Shown piece after piece: positions 55,450-64,000 of a stretch of DNA of 64,000 nt. A program made the translations under genes and the position numbers. Position 1 is the first letter of the stretch, and the number at the start of each line of letters is the position of its first letter. Source of the DNA: Acidimicrobiales bacterium (lineage in GTDB: Bacteria > Actinomycetota > Acidimicrobiia > Acidimicrobiales > CADCTF01); the NCBI GenBank assembly GCA_035540495.1, contig DATLGL010000064.1:68265-132264 (forward strand), in the 5' to 3' direction. The notes below the pieces were generated by a model. The model did not search any database. It was not told the DNA's origin and was given only the letters and a program-made list of their open reading frames with translations.

Positions 55450-56630
55450 AGGGTTGCCTCCGTGCCGAGGACGGCGGTCGACATGCAGGACAGGACCATG
55501 CCGGACCCGTGGGCCACGGCGATCTCGGCCTTCGGCACCTGGCGGGCGTCGCCTTCGCCCCGCAGCTGGCGGACGGCCTCGACGACGAGGAACATGCCGT
55601 ACATGCCGGGGTGGGTGTAGCTGAGGCCGCCGCCGTTGGTGTTGACGGCGAGGTCGCCGCCCGGACCGAAGTTGGTCGATTCCACGAACGACCCGCCTTC
55701 GCCCTTGGCGCAGAAGCCGAGGTCTTCGAAGTGCAGCAGCTGGGTGATGGTGAAGCTGTCGTAGCCCATCAGCACGTCGACGTCGCCCGGCTTGATGCCG
55801 GCCATCTCGAAGGCTTTCGGACCGCTCAGGGCGCCCGGGGTGACGGTGAGGTCGGGCATCTGGCTGATCATCATGTGGGTGTGGCCAGTCGCCGCGCCGA
55901 GGACGTACACCGGCGGCTTTCGCAGCGACTTCGCCCGCTCGGCGGTCGTGACGATGTACGCGCCCGCGCCGTCGGTGACGAGGCAGCAGTCCTCCTTGTG
56001 GAGGGGGCTCGCGACCATGTCGGAGGCGACGACCTCTTCCACCGTTGTCGGCTCGCGCTTCTTCGCCCGCGGGTTCAGCGCGGCCCATTCACGCGAGTGC
56101 ACCGCGATCTTCGCCAGCTGCTCGCTCGTGGTGCCGTACTGGGCCATGTGCCGGCTCGCTGCAAGCGCGTAGCCACCGATCGGGCCCTGGAGGCCGTACG
56201 GCATCTCCCACTCCGCCATCGGGTTCGGGCCCATCATCATCCCGGGACGTCCGCCGCCCTCGGGTGCCCGACCGCTGCGCTTCGCCGCGGTGCGGCTGGC
56301 ACGCGGCGTCTGCGCGAACACCACGAGGATGCACTCGGCGACGCCCGCGGCGATGGCCGATGCGGCGTGCTCGAGGAAGACCTCGAAGACGCTGCCGCCC
56401 GTCATGGTCGAATCGGTGAATCGGGCGTTGATGCCGAGGTACTCGGCGAACGCCATGGAGTTCTGGCTGTGGCAGACGCCGTCGATGTCGGCGAGCGTGA
56501 GGCCCGCGTCTTCGAGCGCCTCCTTCACCATCGCCACCTCTAGCGCACGCCCGTGCAGCTCGAGCTCACCCGTGGGTGACGCGGCGTCGGCCACCCCCAC
56601 GATCGCGGCTTGGCCGCGTAGACCCGTCAC
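55446..56630 (-). CDS. thiolase-fold protein of the SCP-x / lipid-transfer (Ltp) type
   Basis: 394 aa with ...NTNGGGLSYTHPGMYG... and ...VAHGSGM... in the C-terminal thiolase-like region. It is paired with DUF35, as in Ltp/DUF35 systems. Confidence 0.8.
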   Translation of the reverse strand: MTGLRGQAAIVGVADAASPTGELELHGRALEVAMVKEALEDAGLTLADIDGVCHSQNSMAFAEYLGINARFTDSTMTGGSVFEVFLEHAASAIAAGVAECILVVFAQTPRASRTAAKRSGRAPEGGGRPGMMMGPNPMAEWEMPYGLQGPIGGYALAASRHMAQYGTTSEQLAKIAVHSREWAALNPRAKKREPTTVEEVVASDMVASPLHKEDCCLVTDGAGAYIVTTAERAKSLRKPPVYVLGAATGHTHMMISQMPDLTVTPGALSGPKAFEMAGIKPGDVDVLMGYDSFTITQLLHFEDLGFCAKGEGGSFVESTNFGPGGDLAVNTNGGGLSYTHPGMYGMFLVVEAVRQLRGEGDARQVPKAEIAVAHGSGMVLSCMSTAVLGTEATL

Positions 56631-56671
56631 GTTCTCTTGTTCCCCCTGAAGCGGTGGCCCGTACGACTCGT

Positions 56672-56691
56672 ACTTGACCCAGCGGTCAAGT
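56672..56691. promoter_or_regulatory. perfect palindrome ACTTGACC-N4-GGTCAAGT (candidate operator)
   Basis: Read directly from the sequence. It lies 42 nt upstream of the operon's first start codon (56630). Confidence 0.4.
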
Positions 56692-56704
56692 TTTCTACTG
56701 CCTA

Positions 56705-56722
56705 CTAGACCGCGCGGTCAAG
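56705..56722. promoter_or_regulatory. second, one-mismatch copy CTAGACC-N4-GGTCAAG
   Basis: Read directly from the sequence. Its centre is 32 bp from the centre of the first site. Confidence 0.3.
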
Positions 56723-56780
56723 CACGCTAGGCGGCACCCCGCTCCCGGCGCCCGCGGCTCCCGTGCTACGCGTGGCGGCC

Positions 56781-57082
56781 ATGACCGAGGCATCCATCGC
56801 CGACCGTTACCGGAGCGTCGCAGCGGCGTTCACCGCCCGAGTCGACGCCGTGCCAACGGAGTCGTGGGACAGCCCGTCGCCGTGCGAGGGATGGGTCGCC
56901 CGAGATGTCGTGCGCCATCTCGTCAAGTGGGTGCCGCTGATGAGTGCAAGGCGATGGCCGACGGCATCGAGCCGCTCGGCGACGCGCTCAGCAAGAGCGG
57001 CCACTACGCGAAGCCGGCGCCCTACGAAGAGGGCGCCGACCACCAGACGAGGCTGCTCGCCCTCACCGGGCGCGCCGTTTGA
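56781..57082 (+). pseudogene. decayed DinB / mycothiol-dependent maleylpyruvate-isomerase-like (TIGR03083/03086-type) gene
   Basis: The frame from ATG 56781 gives a family-typical N-terminus, MTEASIADRYRSVAAAFTARVDAVPTESWDSPSPCEGWVARDVVRHLV, then degenerates. A different frame (-1) supplies a family-typical C-terminus, ...PAPYEEGADHQTRLLALTGRAV, with stop at 57082. The whole is only about half the length I recall as usual. Confidence 0.45.
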
Positions 57083-57091
57083 TCGCTGCGA

Positions 57092-57592
57092 TCAGCCGAC
57101 CTCGGGCGGGAGGACCTGCTCGATCGTCTGCACGAGCGTCTCGTCCTCCGGCTTCACCACCGGGTTGAAGCGGGCGACGACGTCGCCCTCGGGTGAGATC
57201 AGGAACTTCTCGAAGTTCCACTGGATGTCGCCGGTGTGGCCCTTGTTGTCGGGTACGTCGACCAGCTTCTCGTAGAGCGGATGGCGGTTCTCGCCGTTGA
57301 CGTCGACCTTGTCGAGCATCGGGAACGTCACCCCGTACGTCGTCGAGCAGAACGTCTCGATCTCCTCCGACGAGCCCGGCTCCTGGTTGCCGAACTGGTT
57401 GCACGGCACACCGATGACCGTGAATCCGCGGTCCTTGTACGTCTCGTGCAGCTTCTCGAGGCCCTCGTACTGGGGCGTGAGGCCGCACTTCGAAGCGACG
57501 TTCACGAGGAGCACCGCCTTGCCTCGGTGTTCGGCCAGGGAGGTCTCTTCTCCGCGAAGCGTGCGAAGGGGGATGTCGTAGAGATCGCTCAT
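57092..57592 (-). CDS. glutathione peroxidase (Cys type)
   Basis: LLVNVASKCGLT, GVPCNQFGNQEP, WNFEKFL. Confidence 0.9.
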   Translation of the reverse strand: MSDLYDIPLRTLRGEETSLAEHRGKAVLLVNVASKCGLTPQYEGLEKLHETYKDRGFTVIGVPCNQFGNQEPGSSEEIETFCSTTYGVTFPMLDKVDVNGENRHPLYEKLVDVPDNKGHTGDIQWNFEKFLISPEGDVVARFNPVVKPEDETLVQTIEQVLPPEVG

Positions 57593-57671
57593 GTGGCCTG
57601 TCTAGTGCTTCCGCCGGCCCTAATGGTCCGGGTGGAGCATTGTCGGGAATGCCCGATCGGCGCACGCTGGA

Positions 57672-58055
57672 GTGATGCTGGGTACCCGCCACCGAGTCGA
57701 TGTCATCGACCTCACCGCATGGGGAGGGCGTGATCGAGCGGCGAAGGTCGCCGCAGCCGCGGCGACCATCGCCCACGGGTGGGACCGGCTCCCACCCGCC
57801 GAGCTCGCGCGCTTGAGCGAAGCGCTCGACGACCACTCCCGGTCGTACCTCGAGTGGATCGCCGACCTCCACGGTCCCGCGATCCACGACCTGCGCGGCA
57901 TCATCGCTGCCATCAGGGCCGCGAACACGCTGCTTCGCGGCTACGACGACGAGGCGGTGCGGGCCCGCCTCAGCGCGACGCTGTCGCGTTCGGTCACCCG
58001 TCTGGTCGACGCCATCGACGAGGTCGGTCGAACGGTCGACCTCGTCGACGCGTAG
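57672..58055 (+). CDS. hypothetical protein with HisKA/DHp-like helical hairpin, no ATPase domain (127 aa)
   Basis: AIHDLRGIIAAIRAANTLL resembles a histidine-kinase H-box (His codon at 57885-57887). A second helix follows: LSATLSRSVTRLVDAIDEV. Confidence 0.45.
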   Translation: MMLGTRHRVDVIDLTAWGGRDRAAKVAAAAATIAHGWDRLPPAELARLSEALDDHSRSYLEWIADLHGPAIHDLRGIIAAIRAANTLLRGYDDEAVRARLSATLSRSVTRLVDAIDEVGRTVDLVDA

Positions 58056-58064
58056 CGACCGGCG

Positions 58065-59894
<1,830 letters not shown>

Positions 59895-59930
59895 AGCGAG
59901 ACTCCTGCCGGAAAAGGGGGACCGGACAGT

Positions 59931-60245
59931 CTACGGGCGGTCGCCGTCTCCCTCGAACACGACCTCCTCGAAGTGCGTCACCTCGGGGAACGGGTCGTAG
60001 AAGCGGTGGAGGAGCTCCCGCCATCGCTCGTACTCCGGGGAGCGGCGGAACCCCTCCGTGTGCGCTTCGAGCGAGTCCCACTCGACGAGGAGCAGGTAGC
60101 GCGCCGAGTGCTCGATGCAGCGCTCGATCCGCAGCGAGACGAAGCCTGGCTGCGACGCGATCAGCGGACGGGCCTGGGCGAACGCGGCCTCGAACGCCGC
60201 CTCCTCACCTGGGCGGACGTCGAGGAGCGCGTGCTCGAGGATCAC
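59931..60245 (-). CDS. antibiotic-biosynthesis-monooxygenase (ABM) domain protein
   Basis: About 100 aa with a ferredoxin-like pattern: ...GFVSLRIERCIEHSARYLLLVEWDSLEAHTEGFR.S. Confidence 0.75.
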   Translation of the reverse strand: MILEHALLDVRPGEEAAFEAAFAQARPLIASQPGFVSLRIERCIEHSARYLLLVEWDSLEAHTEGFRRSPEYERWRELLHRFYDPFPEVTHFEEVVFEGDGDRP

Positions 60246-60264
60246 TCGGTCGGTCGGCGCGACG

Positions 60265-60666
60265 TCAAGCTGCGACGCCGTAGCGAGCGACGAGGCCGGG
60301 GATCACGTTGAGGAAGTCGAGCTTCTCGAAGCACTCCTTGGCCCCGAGGTCCTGCATCCGGCCGAACTGGTCGACCTGGAGGTGAGCGCTCACGACGATG
60401 ACAGCCGACGCCGGACTCACCGCCGCGAACTCCGGAAGAGCGGACTCGCCGCTGCGGCCCGGCATCTGCAGGTCGAGGATCACGACGTCGGGCTGCCAGG
60501 CCCGCGCGACTTCGAGCGCGCGGTCACCGTCGACGGCCACCGCGACGTCGACGCCGAGCCGCTCGAACGCGCTGCGGTAGAGCAGCCGGATGTCTGGCTC
60601 GTCGTCGACCACGAGGACACGCACGGTTCGTAGGGTACGAACCCGGCGAGCCGCCGCCAATGGCAC
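60265..60666 (-). CDS. single-domain response regulator (CheY-like receiver)
   Basis: VLVVDDEPDIR ... DVVILDLQMPG ... VVSAH. Start is GTG 60666 (track) or GTG 60624 (VRVLVVDD). Confidence 0.8.
   Translation of the reverse strand: MPLAAARRVRTLRTVRVLVVDDEPDIRLLYRSAFERLGVDVAVAVDGDRALEVARAWQPDVVILDLQMPGRSGESALPEFAAVSPASAVIVVSAHLQVDQFGRMQDLGAKECFEKLDFLNVIPGLVARYGVAA
60625..60643. promoter_or_regulatory. perfect palindrome GGTTCGTA-GGG-TACGAACC
   Basis: Read directly from the sequence. It abuts the alternative receiver start codon and lies 44 nt from the divergent hydrolase start. Confidence 0.3.
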
Positions 60667-60686
60667 GCGATGACTAGCTTGCGCGG

Positions 60687-61376
60687 ATGGCCGGTCCCCC
60701 TGTGCTCCTCGTCCACGGGTTCGCTTCGTCGTTCGAGCGGAACTGGCGGGAGCCCGGATGGGTCGACCTGCTCTCCGACGCCGGTCGCGAGGTGATCGGC
60801 CTCGACCTGCTCGGCCACGGCTCCGCCGACAAGCCCCATGACCCGGAGGCCTATGCCGACCTCGAGGACGACGTCGCCGCCGCGCTGCCCGAGGACCCCT
60901 CCGTGCAGGTGGACGCCATCGGGTTCTCGATGGGAGCGATCCTCCTCCTCAAGGTGGCGGCGAAGCACCCCGACCGCTTCAACCGCATCATCGTCGGAGG
61001 GATCGGAGCGAACGTGTTCGGCGGCGGTGGGTCGGAGGCGATCGCGAAGGCCGTCGAGGGCGGCGTCGACAGCGAGAGCTCCGCGATCGCCCGGGTGTTC
61101 GCGCAGTTCGCGGCAGGTTCCGACAACGACCCGAAGGCGCTCGCCGCTTGCATGCGCCGCCAGTCGACCCCGCTGACCGCCGACGATCTGGCCAGGATCA
61201 CCTGCCCCGTGCTCGTCGTTCTCGGCGACAAGGACTTCGTGTGGCCGCCCGACCCGCTGGTCGACGCGCTGCCCGATGCGACGCTGGTGACGCTCGCCGG
61301 CGTCGATCACTTCGCGACGCCACGCGAGTTCAAGTTCATCGACGCCGCGCTCGACTTCCTGGGCGCCTCGATCTAG
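60687..61376 (+). CDS. alpha/beta-fold hydrolase
   Basis: VLLVHGFASS ... LLGHG ... nucleophile elbow GFSMG. Confidence 0.8.
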   Translation: MAGPPVLLVHGFASSFERNWREPGWVDLLSDAGREVIGLDLLGHGSADKPHDPEAYADLEDDVAAALPEDPSVQVDAIGFSMGAILLLKVAAKHPDRFNRIIVGGIGANVFGGGGSEAIAKAVEGGVDSESSAIARVFAQFAAGSDNDPKALAACMRRQSTPLTADDLARITCPVLVVLGDKDFVWPPDPLVDALPDATLVTLAGVDHFATPREFKFIDAALDFLGASI

Positions 61377-61391
61377 AGACGCCCCCCGGGG

Positions 61392-61574
61392 TCAGTCGTC
61401 GGCGATCTGCTCCGCCGTTCGCACCAGCTCGGCCTGCAGCTCGTCGATCTCACGCTGGATTCTCAGGGCGCCAGCCTCGTCGCCCTGCACCCGCGCCCGC
61501 TCCCGTTGCTCCACCAGCTCGACGATTTGCAGCTCGAGACCGGTGACGTGGTCTTCCAGCCTCGGGTCGCTCAT
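61392..61574 (-). CDS. small coiled-coil hypothetical protein (60 aa)
   Basis: Track ORF with a heptad-like helical sequence, LELQIVELVEQRERARVQGDEAGALRIQREIDELQAEL. No motif recognised. Confidence 0.4.
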   Translation of the reverse strand: MSDPRLEDHVTGLELQIVELVEQRERARVQGDEAGALRIQREIDELQAELVRTAEQIADD

Positions 61575-61613
61575 GGGGTCTGTCCTACCCGCGAAGGCTG
61601 GCAGGATGCCGGG

Positions 61614-61871
61614 ATGGCCACTGCGACCCCTGCGCCGACGCCGAACCCGAACGCCCTGCGCTTCCAGCTCGACACCACGCTGACGGAGCCGCTGAGCGCG
61701 TCGTCACCAGACGATGCGGGCACCCATCCGCTTCTCGGCGCGCTGCTGGCCATCGACGGTGTCGCCTCCGTGTTCGCCACGGCCGACTTCATCACCGTGA
61801 CCCGCACCAAAGGCGCCGATTGGAACGACATCGTCCCGCAGGTGCAGGAGGCCGTCGCGCAGCACCTTTGA
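61614..61871 (+). CDS. Nfu/NifU N-terminal (Nfu_N) domain protein (85 aa)
   Basis: Start set to ATG 61614. TPNPNALRFQLD ... LLAIDGVASVFATADFITVTR, typical of Nfu_N. Confidence 0.7.
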   Translation: MATATPAPTPNPNALRFQLDTTLTEPLSASSPDDAGTHPLLGALLAIDGVASVFATADFITVTRTKGADWNDIVPQVQEAVAQHL

Positions 61872-63119
61872 TCAGGGCTTGACCGTCACGCTGATCGAGC
61901 CCTTGTGCCCCGACGTCTTGCACTCGATCGTGAACGGCCCCGGCGTGTTGAACTGGAACGACTCTTCACCGTTGGCCGGAACGACCAGGTCGACCGAGCC
62001 AGGCACGTCGAGCGTGTGCGAGAAGGCGTTCTGATTCACGAATCGGATCGATTGACCACGCTCGAGCGTGACGACCGTGCGGGAGAACTCCGACGTCGAG
62101 GAGTTCTGGCGGTTGATCGTGACGACCTCCGGCGCAGGCGTGCCGGGCGAGGTGGTCGTGGTGGTCGGTGAGGCCGTCGTCGGCGTGCCGCCGCCGGAGC
62201 CGCTCCCGGACGTGGTGGTCGTGGTCGAGTTCGTCGTGCCCCCGGCGGACGGCTTGGCCGTTGTCGTGGTCGATCCGCCCGTGGAGGTGCCTCCGCCCGG
62301 AAGGGGCTGGACGCCGGCGTCTCCGCTGCCGGTTCCGCCGCCGGAGCCGCCCGTGCTGCCCGAGCCGCCGCCGGACGAGCCGCCCGTGCTGCCCCCCGCC
62401 GTGCCGGAGTCTCCGGAGCCGGCAGCGCCGCCGGACCCGGCTGCCGCGCCGGTAAGCGACCCGCCGGAGCGGTAGCCGGGCTCGCCGGCTTCGATCTTGC
62501 CGTCGCCGTCGACGTCGACCGGCTCCTCGCCGGCCTCCCCTGCCGCGACCTCGTCGGTGGCGGCGTCGCCGGGCTGGTCGAGGCCGACGGGGCCCAGGCC
62601 CGGATCGTTGTCCTTCTCGAACTGGCCGATGAGGAACAGCACCAGGAGCACCCAGGCGGCTGCGATCACGAGCGCCTTGGTGGCGAACGAGATCCCCTTC
62701 TTGCCGTCGTCCTCTTCCTCGTCGTCCTCTTCGATCTCGTCGTCGACGGCCGGCTCGCCCGGCACGGCCTGCGGCGTGAACATCACCGCGGCCGGTGCGG
62801 GCGGCGATGGTTCGACGAAGACCGCCGACGCGGCCGTCGGCGGGAACTCCTCGGCGGCTGGCGCGAGCTCCTCGGCAGCCGCCGGGAGCTCTTCGAGAGG
62901 CGGCCCGGGATCGTCGCCGGTCGCGTCCTCGAAGACGGGCTCGTACGCCGCGGTGGGCTCGTCGGCGTACTCGGGAGCCGGCGCCGCCGGCGTCTCCTCG
63001 ACCGGCGAAGGCGCCTCGGCCGCAGGCTCTACCGGCGGGTTCACCTCCGCTTCCGGTACGAGGTCCGGCTCGGGGTCGCGCCCGACGTCGTGCTGCGGTC
63101 CGCCTTCAGGTTGTTCCAT
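61872..63119 (-). CDS. single-pass membrane protein with acidic N-terminus, Gly/Ser/Thr-rich linker and cupredoxin-like C-terminal domain
   Basis: Start set to ATG 63119 preceded by AGGAGG. TM span ALVIAAAWVLLVLFLI. The C-terminus RFVNQNAFSHTLDV ... FTIECKTSGHKGSISV has His...Cys-x4-His spacing like type-1 copper sites. Confidence 0.6.
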   Translation of the reverse strand: MEQPEGGPQHDVGRDPEPDLVPEAEVNPPVEPAAEAPSPVEETPAAPAPEYADEPTAAYEPVFEDATGDDPGPPLEELPAAAEELAPAAEEFPPTAASAVFVEPSPPAPAAVMFTPQAVPGEPAVDDEIEEDDEEEDDGKKGISFATKALVIAAAWVLLVLFLIGQFEKDNDPGLGPVGLDQPGDAATDEVAAGEAGEEPVDVDGDGKIEAGEPGYRSGGSLTGAAAGSGGAAGSGDSGTAGGSTGGSSGGGSGSTGGSGGGTGSGDAGVQPLPGGGTSTGGSTTTTAKPSAGGTTNSTTTTTSGSGSGGGTPTTASPTTTTTSPGTPAPEVVTINRQNSSTSEFSRTVVTLERGQSIRFVNQNAFSHTLDVPGSVDLVVPANGEESFQFNTPGPFTIECKTSGHKGSISVTVKP

Positions 63120-63154
63120 CCCGCCTCCTGAAGTCCCAAAGGTACCCTGCCGCC

Positions 63155-63958
63155 GTGTCCGCGGCCGCCGTTCTGTCTCTGCGCGGCGTGCGCCTCGTGC
63201 GCGATGACACACAGATCCTCACCGACATCGACTGGTCGGTCGCTCCTGGCGAACGCTGGGTCGTGCTCGGACCGAACGGCGCCGGGAAGACGACGCTGCT
63301 CCAGATCGTGACCGCGTACACACATCCGACCGCCGGCGCCGTCTCGATACTCGGCGACCAGCTCGGTCACGTCGACGTGCGCAGGCTTCGGCGCCGCATC
63401 GCCGTCGCGAGCGGCGCGCTCACCCGCACCATCGACGTTCGCCTCACGGCACGTGAGATCGTGTCGACCGGTCGCAGCGCGTCGCTCGCGCCGTGGTGGG
63501 ACGACGACGCCGGCGACGCGTCGATCGCGGCCGAGGTCGACGGACTTCTCGCTGCGGCGGGACTCACCGATGCGGCCGACCGGCCGTTCTCCGCGCTGTC
63601 GGAAGGTGAGCGCCAGCGCACGTTGCTCGCTCGGATGCGGCTCGCCCGAGCTGACCTCTGGGTGTTCGACGAGCCGGCGGCCGGACTCGACCTCGGCGCT
63701 CGCGAGCGACTGGTCGCCGACTTGGCCGCGTTGGCACGCGCGGAGGAGGCGCCGGCGATCGTCTTCGTCACCCACCACCTCGAGGAGATCCCGCCCGGCT
63801 TCACCCACGCGCTGCTCCTTCGAGGCGGCCGCATCGTGGGAGCCGGGCCCCTGCACGACACGCTCTCGGCGCGAGCGCTCTCGGAGACCTTCGGCCTCCC
63901 GCTCGACGTCAGCTGCGTCGACGGCAGGTGGGCGGCCCGAGGTCGACCGGCGCCCTGA
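63155..63958 (+). CDS. ABC transporter ATP-binding protein (orphan, ModF/YlmA-like)
   Basis: Start set to GTG 63155. Walker A GPNGAGKTT, signature LSEGERQ, Walker B LWVFDEP. Confidence 0.8.
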   Translation: MSAAAVLSLRGVRLVRDDTQILTDIDWSVAPGERWVVLGPNGAGKTTLLQIVTAYTHPTAGAVSILGDQLGHVDVRRLRRRIAVASGALTRTIDVRLTAREIVSTGRSASLAPWWDDDAGDASIAAEVDGLLAAAGLTDAADRPFSALSEGERQRTLLARMRLARADLWVFDEPAAGLDLGARERLVADLAALARAEEAPAIVFVTHHLEEIPPGFTHALLLRGGRIVGAGPLHDTLSARALSETFGLPLDVSCVDGRWAARGRPAP

Positions 63959-64000
63959 CGCGACGGAGGGGCTGGTTCCCGCCGCCCAGCCCCTCCACCC

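Noticed and set aside
56763-57275. 170-aa ORF taken at face value as an intact gene
   Set aside because: Only the first ~55 aa look real. The rest is low-complexity and runs antisense into the glutathione peroxidase gene. I interpret it as a pseudogene remnant instead.
57092-57592. Possible selenocysteine recoding in the glutathione peroxidase
   Set aside because: The active-site position is an ordinary Cys codon (VASKCGLT), and there is no in-frame TGA.
62150-62480. Repetitive GGN/GCC/ACC-rich DNA that might suggest a CRISPR or satellite array
   Set aside because: The repeats are imperfect and have no spacer structure. They are in frame and simply encode the Gly/Ser/Thr linker of the membrane protein.

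Overview
High-GC (roughly 70%) chromosomal segment of actinobacterial type. The gene content supports this: an F420-type luciferase-like oxidoreductase, WS/DGAT, an Eis-like GNAT, a DinB/mycothiol-type remnant and a DUF3151-like protein. The window is very densely packed, with about 62 protein-coding genes on both strands, many joined by ATGA/GTGA/TTGA start-stop overlaps. Many divergent gene pairs are separated by fewer than 40 nt. I saw no rRNA, tRNA, CRISPR array, transposase, integrase or prophage signal. Because of the GC content the six-frame track is full of long Arg/Pro/Gly-rich shadow ORFs. I kept only frames with protein-like composition or recognisable motifs, and re-set many starts, since the track reports the longest ORF and counts GTG/TTG as M. 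The main blocks are listed here. (1) 1-5.6 kb: a coupled string of unknown genes, a LOG/PpnN-like gene, and an Eis-like GNAT + ABC-2 exporter operon. (2) 6-17.6 kb: assorted hydrolases, lipoproteins, CoA-transferase, GH13 glucosidase, RNase D, and a secreted CAP-domain protein with 5.5 tandem 42-aa repeats. (3) 17.7-22 kb: kynU-putA. (4) 22-29.7 kb: housekeeping genes (HIT, L,D-transpeptidase, HAD, tyrS, glycosylase, Nudix). (5) 29.7-33.8 kb: FadD, patatin and WS/DGAT. (6) 38.9-46.0 kb: a LIV/HAAT-type ABC importer in which LivH-LivM are fused and a 12-TM MFS domain is fused to both ATPases (LivF-like + LivG-like) in one 1008-aa protein. I consider this the most unusual object in the window. 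(7) 46.1-56.6 kb: a nine-gene minus-strand acyl-CoA catabolic operon (thiolase-fold/DUF35 pair, ACAD, two FadD, SDR, MaoC, carboxylesterase) preceded by paired palindromic operator-like sites. (8) 56.7-64 kb: a decayed DinB-like pseudogene, glutathione peroxidase, an orphan HisKA-only protein, typA, ABM, a CheY-like receiver, Nfu_N, a cupredoxin-like membrane protein and an ABC ATPase. All functional calls rest on motif recognition by eye. No database search was possible.
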